A stretch of DNA of 64,000 bases, taken from contig CATNEN010000038.1 in the NCBI GenBank assembly GCA_950097015.1, positions 22,010,001 to 22,074,000 of the forward strand. Reading direction: 5' to 3'. This DNA comes from Macrostomum hystrix (lineage: Eukaryota; Animalia; Platyhelminthes). Every line of letters begins with the position of its first letter. Position 1 is the first letter of the stretch. Both the position numbers and the translations under genes were made by a program. This document shows, piece after piece, positions 38,201 to 49,000 of the stretch. The notes below the pieces were generated by a model. It did not search any database. It worked only from the letters and a program-made list of their open reading frames with translations, and was not told the origin of the DNA.

Positions 38201-41200
38201 ATATGTGTGGGCTGATATGGGCCGATATGTGGGCTGATATGGGCCGATATGTGTGGGCTGATATGGGCCGATATGTGTGGGCTGATATGGGCCGGCATAT
38301 GTGGGCTGATATGGGCCGATATGTGTGGGCTGATATGGGCCGGCATATGTGGGCTGATATGGGCCGATATGTGTGGGCTGATATGGGCCGGCATATGTGG
38401 GCTGATATGGGCCGATATGTGGGCTGATATGGGCCGGCATATGTGGGCTGATATGGGCCGATATGTGTGGGCTGATATGGGCCGATATTTGTGGGTCAGT
38501 CTGGGCCACTTTCTGTTTGGGTCAGCGTAGGTCAATGTGGGCTTTCTGCGGGCCGCTCAGAACCAAAATTTGGCCCACTACAAGGGGGGGCCAATTAATG
38601 TGGGCCAGCCGACTTTTTTGACAACTGGGTAATTAGGTCTAATCGAGTAGTATGAGATTTGATTATATGTTATATAATTTATTAGGCTCCCAATTTCCCA
38701 CCAATATCTGACAGGCCGTTAATCTCATCCTCGAAGGCAGTCAGCTGTGCGATCAGCTCAATCGGCTGCTAAACAGCGTCAGCGCCAGGCAGCGCTCCTC
38801 GCAGCCGCCGGCTCCTGGCTGGGCCATTCAGGCTGACGCCGAACGCCTAGGCGAACTAGTCAATAAGCTTATCTTTCTAGCCAGTAATTTTCTCATTGTA
38901 CAAACTAGAATAGGCTTGGAACTGGACAGCGTAGGCATGCAACGATTGAACCGTTTTCTGCTGGCAGCCACCACCGACGATTCCAATTCGGCTCAGTCAG
39001 CTGCGGCATGCGATCAGCTAGCTCTGGAGGTCAACAATGTCTGGCAGCAGTGCCGCTTGACTCTGGCTAAATTGTGGCTGGCTGAGGCTTCCAAGGTGAG
39101 ATTTTAATTCACTCTCTCTAATTCTCACTCTCTCAGCCTATGAGATTCACTCTCTCAGATTATGAGATTCACTCTCTCAGATTATGAGATTCACTCTCTC
39201 AGTTTATGAGATTCACTCTCAGTTTATGAGATTCACTCTCTCAGTTTATGAGATTCACTCTCTCAGTTCATGAGATTCACTCTCTCAGATTATGAGATTC
39301 ACTCTCTCAGTTTATGAGATTCACTCTCAGTTTATGAGATTCACTCTCTCAGTTTATGAGATTCACTCTCTCAGTTCATGAGATTCACTCTCTCAGATTA
39401 TGAGATTCACCGTCTCAGCTTATGAGATTCACTCTCTCAGATTATGAGATTCACCGTCTCAGCTTATGAGATTCACTCTCTCAGTTTACGAGATTCACTC
39501 TCTCAGTTTATGAGATTCACTCTCTCAGTTTACGAGATTCACTCTCTCAGTTTATGAGATTCACTCTCTCAGTTTATGAGATTCACTCTCTCAGTTTACG
39601 AGATTCACTCTCTCAGTTTATGAGATTCACTCTCTCAGTTTACGAGATTCACTCTCTCAGTTTATGAGATTCACTCTCTCAGATTATGAGATTCACCGTC
39701 TCAGCTTATGAGATTCACTCTCTCAGATTATGAGATTCACCGTCTCAGCTTATGAGTTCACTCTCTCAGTTTATGAGATTCACCGTCTCAGCTTATGAGA
39801 TTCACTCTCTCAGTTTACGAGATTCACTCTCTCAGTTTATGAGATTCACTCTCTCAGTTTACGAGATTCACTCTCTCAGTTTATGAGATTCACTCTCTCA
39901 GTTTATGAGATTCACTCTCTCAGTTTACGAGATTCACTCTCTCAGTTTATGAGATTCACTCTCTCAGTTTACGAGATTCACTCTCTCAGTTTATGAGATT
40001 CACTCTCTCAGTTTATGAGATTCACTCTCTCAGTTTATGAGATTCACTCTCTCTAAATTGTCACTCTCAGTTTATGAGATTCACTCTTTCAGTTTATGAG
40101 ATTCACTCTCTCAGTTTATGAGATTCACTCTCTCAGTTTATGAGATTCACTCTCTCTAAATTGTCACTCTCTCAGTTTATGAGATTCACTCTCTCAGTTT
40201 ATGAGATTCACTCTCTCAGTTTATGAGATTCACTCTCTCAGTTTATGAGATTCACTCTCTCAGTTTATGAGATTCACTCTCTCAGTTTATGAGATTCACT
40301 CTCTCTAAATTGTCACTCTCTCAGTTTATGAAATGCATGCTAGTAGAGTCGCTAACAACTAGCATACCCGGTTTCCACATGCAGGTGCAGCCAGAGGCCC
40401 TTTTAGCCGCCTACCGCAGGAGCTCGCAGTCATTTAGCCAGCTGCTCACAGCTGTCGTCTGCGGAGTTGCCGCCCACTTCGCCAGATGGAGCGAAGCCAC
40501 CTGGCGCCAGATGGAGGCCTGCGGCATCCCAGTCTACATGGAGTCCCTGCTGTCCAGCTACAAGTCCGAGTGCGGCATGCTAGAGGACATGGCGGCCAGC
40601 CTGCCCAGATTGGCGTCCGTGACCATCGGCTTCTTTCCAGGTAGGCCTCGGCTATTGGGAGTGAGGCTGGGATAAATTTAGAGTGGCTAAATGTAGAGTT
40701 AGATATGTAAGAGATTGGGATACATGTGAAAGGGGGTAAATGTGAGAGGGATTAATTTGAGACTTGAATGAATCTGAGAGTTAAATGAATCTGGAATTGG
40801 GATAAATGTGAGAGTAGGATGAATGTGAGAGTGGGGTAAATGTGAGAGTGGGATGAATGTGAGAGTGGGATGTATGAGTGGGATAAATTTCAAAACATAG
40901 AGAAATGATTGAGGGATAATTGTAAGAATGTCGCCAAAGGTGATTGCAATGACAGCAATACAATCCGCTACCACCAACACTAAGGTTCCATCGGCGACCA
41001 GCCAATAGTTGAAGAGAGCCTGCGTTGTGTTCGGATCTGTGTGCCCCAGCAGCTGTGGGACCGGCTCAGCGGCTCGCTGGACTCCCTTCTCCGCTGCCAC
41101 CGGTTCCGCCTGGTGCCGCTTCTGTTCAGCGTCGGCATCAACGAGCAGCAGACTCTGGCCGAGAAGAAGCGAGTCGCCTCTCTGGCTGTTCAACGGGATG

Positions 41201-42619
41201 TTAATAAGCGATCTGCCATCGCGCTAAGGACTCTCATCGATCAGGTAAAAATTCGCCCTCGCCACTCACTTTGGTTAGGATTTGCCCTCGCTATTCACTT
41301 TGGTTTCGGATTCGCCCTCGCCATTCACTTTGGTTTCGGATTCGCCCTCGCCATTCACTTTGGTTTCGGATTCGCCCTCGCCATTCACTTTGGTTAGGAT
41401 TCGCCTTCGCCATTCACTTTGGTTAGGATTCGCCCTCGCCATTCACTTTGGTTTCGGATTCGCCCTCGCCATTCACTTTGGTTTCGGATTCGCCCTCGCC
41501 ATTCACTTTGGTTTCGGATTCGCCCTCGCCATTCACTTTGGTTTCGGATTCGCCCTCGCCATTCACTTTGGTTAGGATTCGCCTTCGCCATTCACTTTGG
41601 TTAGGATTCGCCCTCGCCATTCACTTTGGTTTCGGATTCGCCCTCGCCATTCACTTTGGTTTCGGATTCGCCCTCGCCATTCACTTTGGTTAGGATTCGC
41701 CCTCGCCATTCACTTTGGTTTCGGATTCGCCCTCGCCATTCACTTTGGTTTCGGATTCGCCCTCGCCATTCACTTTGGTTTCGGATTCGCCCTCGCCATT
41801 CACTTTGGTTTCGGATTCGCCCTCGCCATTCACTTTGGTTAGGATTCGCCTTCGCCATTCACTTTGGTTAGGATTCGCCCTCGCCATTCACTTTGGTTTC
41901 GGATTCGCCCTCGCCATTCACTTTGGTTTCGGATTCGCCCTCGCCATTCACTTTGGTTTCGGATTCGCCCTCGCCATTCACTTTGGTTTCGGATTCGCCC
42001 TCGCCATTCACTTTGGTTTCGGATTCGCCCTCGCCATTCACTTTGGTTAGGATTCGCCCTCGCCATTCACTTTAGTTTCGGATTTGCCCTCGCCATTCAC
42101 TTTAAACTTTTAAAACATCCCCAGGTAATCCGCTATCGAACCAGCCCGAAGCCGGAAGGCCTCGCAGCTGCCGCCGCCTCGAAATTCGGCGTCCAATCAG
42201 AGGATGACAACGATGAGAGAACGGCTTCTTTGGAGCAGCGTCTCAGAGACAAGCTTCAACAGGCTGAGCTGTGCATAGAGGAGGACAAGAGCAAGCCAGT
42301 TGCACTGCTGCAAACCGTGGAGGAGATAATCTGGCTATTAGACGGGGTTCGCCTAACTAACTGCAAGAGCGGCAAAGACCGCACAGCCATGGCTGTCACC
42401 CTGGAGCAGGCCAGATGGCTTCGCGAGCTGCACCGACTGCGGTCAGAGCGGGAAAGCTTCGAATCCACCGTGGCCTTCCTGCGCACACACGGCCTGCGTA
42501 GGCGAAATTGTTTCCGCAACATCGGCACCAAATTCTACGCATTCAATCGGGTGCAGCTGACCACCTTTCCACAGATGTACAGGCCGCCGAAGGGCACGTA
42601 CGAGCGTGGACCCACCTGA
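32225..42619 (+). CDS. INPP4: Inositol polyphosphate 4-phosphatase (PH-like, C2 and CX5R phosphatase domains); exons 32225-33028, 35264-35505, 35773-35962, 36863-37306, 38715-39095, 40385-40640, 40985-41244, 42125-42619
   Basis: Catalytic GVRLTNCKSGKDRTAMAVTLEQ. Also ESLLSSYKSECGMLEDM, PLLFSVGINEQQTLAE, FVPPNLQLHR, SMGAPAAHCLKFKKGGL and YAFN..FPQMYRPPKGTY, all INPP4A/B-like. C2 motif VGRTDIVEN..PMF. Splice phases are consistent. Confidence 0.95.
33135..35203. repeat. 21-bp minisatellite (ATTCTGAATGTGGATTATCCT), ~98 copies, INPP4 intron 1
   Basis: Highly homogeneous tandem array. Confidence 0.98.
36085..36725. repeat. 45/46-bp minisatellite built from a 15-bp subunit, INPP4 intron 3
   Basis: Unit AATCAGTTTCTTATCCGATCCGATCTCATCCACTGAGATCTTATCT. 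15-bp monomers (AATCAGAGCTCATCC) are visible at 36616-36700. Confidence 0.95.
37458..38497. repeat. 22/24-bp minisatellite (GGGCTGATATGGGCCGATATGT[GT]), INPP4 intron 4
   Basis: Tandem array followed by a tgggcc-rich tail ending ...TTTTTTGACAACTGGG at 38629. Confidence 0.97.
39105..40331. repeat. 22-bp minisatellite (GAGATTCACTCTCTCAGTTTAT), ~55 copies, INPP4 intron 5
   Basis: Tandem array beginning essentially at the donor gtgagatt. Confidence 0.97.
40665..40890. repeat. Degenerate 17-bp minisatellite (GTGAGAGTGGGATAAAT), INPP4 intron 6
   Basis: gtgagag recurs at 40808, 40825, 40842 and 40859, with decayed flanking copies. Confidence 0.75.
41250..42102. repeat. 29/30-bp minisatellite (GGATTCGCCCTCGCCATTCACTTTGGTTTC), INPP4 intron 7
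   Basis: About 28 copies filling almost the whole intron. Confidence 0.97.
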
Positions 42620-43055
42620 TCACTTATATCACCCCATCAACTAATTGTCGTATCGTTTATTCATGTCTGGTGTCTATGCGCCATTTCCTTCATTTGATAA
42701 CTAAGAAGCACAGTATCCAATTTTACAGCTTACAGATTCGAACTTCTGACATATTCGGTAACTACTAACATATTCAACACTACTAACAAATATCAATATT
42801 AGGCGTAATACTACTCAATCATAACACATGAGTAGCATATAGATGATAAATGAGTTTCCAATCGATTCCACACAATATAACATTGAAACTGCACTAAATT
42901 GATACTTGATTACTGCAAGGTAAATAATTATGATACGACTTTGCGTCTTTGTTTATTTTCTCGAACAATTGAGTAGAGCTTGTATTAGCGTAAAATGCAA
43001 AAATATTCTTACTACACTACTGATGTAAGTAGATAAGTAACGCATTTAAATCAGT

Positions 43056-46000
43056 TCAGGACAGACTGTTAAAGTAGGCGCCCAGGGCGTTGTACATAGC
43101 GGTGGCGTTCTCCTCCGCTTCGCTGGCCTCGACGGTGCCAGGCAGTGGCGAAGCAGACGACGATGCCGCATCTTGAGTAGCGGCAGTCTGCACAATGCTG
43201 ATGGATCGTCGCGCTGCTGAGCCGGCGGTCTGACCGGAGAGTTGGCCAATGCCCAGGATGCCAGTCAGCTCGGAGCGCATGTCGCGGCACAGTATGCGCC
43301 TCTGTCTCTGCTCGGGCAGTCGGTGAAGATGCAGCAGGCACTCGGACACCAGCAGGCGGGCTGCAACAGCCTTGCACTCGGCCTGGTTGGGCAGTGAACG
43401 GGGCAGTCGGCAGACGGCTAGCAGGCTGCCAAGGCTGAGGCCCGTGTGGCTCATCTGCAGTGGTCATAAAGCCGTGACTCTTTTATTGTTGGTCATAAAG
43501 ACTGGCCACTTTAGGGATCATTGTTAATGATAGTCATCATGATTGGGTCACTATATGGGGATCTTTGTTAGTGATACTCATCATGATTGGGTCACTATAT
43601 GGGGATCATTGTTAGTGATACTCATCATGATTGGGTCACTATATGGGGATCATTGTTAGTGATACTCATCATGATTGGGTCACTATATGGGGATCATTAT
43701 TAATGACAGTCATCATGATTGGGTCACTATATGGGGATCATTGTTAATAATCAAGGTTGGATTACTATAGTTATGGATTGGGGATCATTGTTTGCGACAG
43801 GGATGAGCATAGGGATCAATGTCATCGACGGTCATAACTTTTGAGTCACTCTCCATATCAGGGGATAATTGTTGGTAGTTAATTACAATTCATTAAACAT
43901 AGCCTGTCTAAGCGGTCATTAGGGTTGGTCATAATCGTTGCTAATGACGCACAAATATTTACCTGCACATTTAGCTGCGTTACTGGCACCATGCTGACCA
44001 CCTCTTCTAGGGGCAGGGCTGCAAGATCGCTGATTGGCGGGCACAATCTACGCACGGCGTGCAGGCAGGCCAACAGCAGGCGGCTTTGGCTGTCGGAATC
44101 GGCAGACTTTGCCGACGTGCTGAAATCTGACAGCCGCCTAACCAGGCAGTTGATGGAGCAGGACAGAGCAGCGGTGAGGCTGGGCAGCAGCCAGGCAGGC
44201 GAGTGCAGAGCCAGCAGGCCCTGATGATCAAACAGAGCGAATGCGAATCCGCAGGCTGCCAGAGCGGCGTCCATGATCGGCCGCGGAGTGGACGCGATGC
44301 CGCCGCAGCCGCCGGATGCCAGGCCGATTAGGCGATACAACAACTCGGCGTAGCAGACGGCGAGGGCTACGCAGCGTTCCAGACTGACTTCTCCTAGAAG
44401 GCGCAGCAAGCAGTCGGCCAGGCGGAGCTGCCAGGCGAGGTTGGTCGTCCAGGGCATCGGCGGCGCTGTCGTTGAAGCCGGCGATGACGCGGACGAGCTT
44501 ACCGGCATTGCCGAGGACGTCAGCAACGGCGGCTGAGGCGCAGAGGCGCACGCGGCGGCGACTGCCGCCAATTCCAGCTGCGATAGTAAAAAATAGTGTC
44601 AATAATAATTATCCCATCTACAAACTTCACCTCCAAGAAATATCCCATCTACAAACATCACCTCCCAGAAATATCCCATCTACAAACTTCACCTCCCAGA
44701 AATATCCCATCTTCAAACATCACCTCCCAGAAATATCCCATCAACAAACTTCACCTCCCAAAAATATCCCATCTACAAACTTCACCTCCCAAAAATATCC
44801 CAGCTACAAACTTCACCTCCCAGAAATATCCCATCTTCAAACATCACCTCCCAGAAATATCCCATCAACAAACTTCACCTCCCAAAAATATCCCATCTAC
44901 AAACTTCACCTCCCAAAAATATCCCAGCTACAAACTTCACCTCCCAGAAATATCCCATCTACAAACTTCACCTCCCAGAAATATCCCATCTACAAACTTC
45001 ACCTCCCAGAAATATCCCATCTACAAACTTCACCTCCCAGAAATATCCCATCTACAAACATCACGAATGCGCACCTGGACACGCCGGCTAATATCGTTGG
45101 CCGAGCCAACAAAGCTAGACAGAATCGAGTCCGCATTGTCGAACAGATCTGCGCCGCCGCCGTGGCGTTGTAAACAACCGGTTGCTAGGCGCAGCAAATA
45201 GGCCAGAGCCGATTGCAATCTGACCGACTGGCGGGCATCGTCAAAAGCTTCGGCGTCTTCCATTGTGGCTGCCTGTTGCTGCTGCTGATCCAGAGTCAGC
45301 AGGGGAAGAGTATCAGCAACACTAGCAGTTGAAGAGCAATCGGTCAAGCCGAGCAGAGCGCCCAGCAGGGCCAGGCTAAGCTGCGGCTCAGAGCTTATCG
45401 ATCGGCGAGCCAAACTGGCCAGTCGGTCGGCTTCGACACCGATGTCGACAGTTGAAGATGAGTCAGCGCTAGCGGCAGATTCTACCGAGCTAGTCAGCGA
45501 GGCAAGCAGATTGGTGATAGACTGACGCTGACTGTGGCCGCAGCCAGTCTGCTGGCTCAGTGCCAGCGCCAGAGCCGTCGAGCAGTCGTTGATTTCTTTT
45601 CCAAGTCGCCGGAGTTCATTAGCGTCGTCTCTGACTACGCCGCAGTCTTTGTCGGCGGAAACGGCTGCCAGCAGAGCCGCAGTCAGGCAGTTGCGAGTAA
45701 CGCCAGGCAGCGGTGAACAGGAGGCCAAGCCGGCTAGGCAGCTCCGCAGCCTGGGCCAGTCGGGCTTCAAAGCGGCGGCTGAGGACTGGCAGGCTGACGC
45801 TGTCACAATAGTCAGCAGGGTTCGAACCCCGCACGCCAGCTGATGCAGGCAGCGCTGGCGCGTGGCCAAACCGGCTACGTCGGCCGCTTCGGCTGCTGAC
45901 GAGGACGAAGCTTCGGCTAATTCGTCGTCGGCTTCAACTAGGCGTTGCAGACAGTCGAGAATGACGGCTAGCCGACAGTCGGGTTGGCACAGTAGTCGGC

Positions 46001-49000
46001 GAAGAGTAGCTAGAAGGCCGTTGGGAACGGCCGACGAAACATTTAACAGTTCAATGCCAAGGAGGCCGAGAATGTGAGCCCAGGTGACCGCCTGGCAGCA
46101 GAGAGGATCAGCGGATGGCTGGGCGATGGCATCGGCTGACAGCACCGCTTGCAGACTCGGCCAGAAGGTTGGGCTGCGAAAATTTGGATTGGTCGTGGTA
46201 ATGAAAAGCTCAGTCTTTTCAGTGGTCAGGTAAGTGACCAATTCAGGATGTTTCAGGGGTCAGGTGAGTGACCAATTCAGGATGTTTCAGGGGTCAGGTG
46301 AGTGACCAATTCAGGATGTTTCAGGGGTCAGGTGAGTGACCAATTCAGGATGTTTCAGGGGTCAGGTGAGTGACCAATTCAGGATGTTTCAGGGGTCAGG
46401 TGAGAGACCTGCGGTAGATCACTGATAAAACCAGCAAGCAAATTTTTACAAACCTATTTCTAATCCTGCCAGTAAGAATGGTGCAGTTTTGTAGCCAAAG
46501 GCTAGAGAACAGTTGCACAACTGACGACAGCAGTAGCGGAGAGATCTGAAACAACAGATGGTGGATATTTGTTTAATGAATAGCGAACAACTATGAATAG
46601 TTACAATACAGTGAAAATACCGTATCGGAAGAATTTAAAAGGCCAAGTGCAATAGTTAGACAGCAGTCGGCTTTAGAGTCGCTTGTTGATTTAGCAGCAG
46701 CAGCAGCAGCAGTCGCTGATTTTGTTGGGGTCGTACTGACTAGATCGTTCAACAAGGAAGTTTTGCCGCACAGAACTGATTCGCTGAGGAAATCAAATAG
46801 CAGGGCACGGACATCGTCAGACTCGGTGGCGGAAGCCAGGCGATCTAGTAGTGTTCGCGCGAGTCGCTTGGCGCACCCGTCCACCAGGGTTCGATTTGTG
46901 GTGCGCGAGAACTGCACACAATAGATGCAAATTATTCAAACTTTAAAATAGTGCGCAAATGTTCGCAATAATTTACTGTAAGTAGCAATGCAGGAAAAAG
47001 TGTATTATCAGCAGCTTTTGGATTGACTAAACTTGAGTGACTGAAATTCACCGATGAAATCGAACAAAGCTTCGACAGATTTAAATATTTTCAGAAAGAC
47101 ATTTCGGATAATCCGCTAAGGAATCGAACGAAGTTTTGTTTCGATCGGCTCACCTTAACAAGCTTCTTTAGCACAATCAGAGACATTTTGGTGACACGAG
47201 GTGTACTATAATACCAGGCGAAAGTAAGCAACGACTGCGTGATTGAGTCCGGATTGAGACCCAGGCTAAATAAGGATTCGGTGTTTTGCTGCTGCTGCTG
47301 CTGCTCGGACGTTGGAATCAGCCGATTCAACAGAGAAAGAGCTAGCCAAACAGTGCGAGCCAATGGCAGACTGTCTGTGGTTAGGCCGCTGCGGGTTGTT
47401 CGCACAATTTCATTTTATTTTAAAGTGACAATCTTTACTTGCTACTAAGTAAGTAGGATTTTAGAAAAATATTTTTTTTTAATTAAAAAACTCACTACGT
47501 GCTCATGTCGCTCTCCAGAATTAATTTGTCGACAGGTATTGTGGCTAGCTGAGCAATGACTGGCGCAACTAGATGACTGCGAAGCATTTTCAGGCATAGC
47601 GACTGGTAGACTGGCGGGCCGCTATATTTCATTGAGCGAAAACAAGAGAAAGCAGTTTCTTTATTTTAACCAAGGGACATTGTTGCTCAAGGGGATCTTG
47701 AAAAATTGTATGAAAATGGACAGGGGATCATTTAGACTTGAAATTATGATCTCAGAAAGTTGTACATTTGCAATGGGATATGACAGGACGGTTAAGTAAA
47801 AAAGTGATCTGGGAGAGTTATAGCTTCAAAATAGGGATATGGGAGAGTTGCAGCTTAAAAATGGGGATCTGGGAGAGTTGTATATTCAAAATGGTGATCT
47901 GGGAGAGTTGTAGATTCAAAATGGGGATCTGGGAGAGTTGTATATTCAAAATGGGGATCTGGGAGAGTTGTAGATTCAAAATGGTGATCTGGGAGAGTTG
48001 TAGATTTAAAATGAGGATTTGGGAGAGTTGTAGATTCAAAATGGGGATCTGGGAGATTTGCACATTCAAAATGGGGATCTGGGAGAGTTGTAGATTCAAA
48101 ATGGTGATCTGGGAGAGTTGTAGATTCAAAGTGAGGATTTGGGAGAGTTGTAGATTCAAAATGGGGATCTGGGAGAGTTGTAGATTCAAAATGGTGATCT
48201 GGGAGAGTTGTAGATTCAAAATGGGGATCTGGGAGAGTTGTAGATTCAAAATGGTGATCTGGGAGAGTTGTAGATTTAAAATGAGGATTTGGGAGAGTTG
48301 TAGATTCAAAATGGGGATCTGGGAGATTTGCAGATTTAAAATGGGGATCTGGGAGATTTGCAGATTCAAAATGGGGATCTGGGAGAGTTGTAGATTCAAA
48401 ATGGTGATCTGGGAGAGTTGTAGATTCAAAATGAGGATTTGGGAGAGTTGTAGATTCAAAATGGGGATCTGGGAGAGTTGTAGATTCAAAATGGGGATCT
48501 GGGAGAGTTGTAGATTAAAAATTGGGATCTGGGAGAGTTTTAGATTCAAAATGGGGATCTGGGAGAGTTGTAGATTCAAAATGGGGATCTGGGAGAGTTG
48601 TGGATTCAAAATGGGGATCTGGGAGAGTTGTAGATTCAAAATGGGGATCTGGGAGAGTTGTAGATTAAAAATTGGGATCTGGGAGAGTGGTAGATTCAAA
48701 ATGGGGATCTGGGAGAGTTTTTTTGGATTCAAAATTGGGATCTGGGAGAGTTGTAGATTCAAAATGGGGATCTGGGAGAGTTGTAGATTAAAAATTGGGA
48801 TCTGGGAGAGTTTTAGATTCAAAATTGGGATCTGGGAGAGTTTTAGATTCAAAATTGGGATTTGGGAGAGTTGTAGATTCAAAATGGGGATCTGGGAGAG
48901 TTGTAGATTCAAAATGGGAACTGGGGGAGATTAAGCTTTAAATCGGGGATCTGGGAGAGTCGCGGGTTTAAAATAGGGATCTTGGGGAGGGGTAGTGCTA

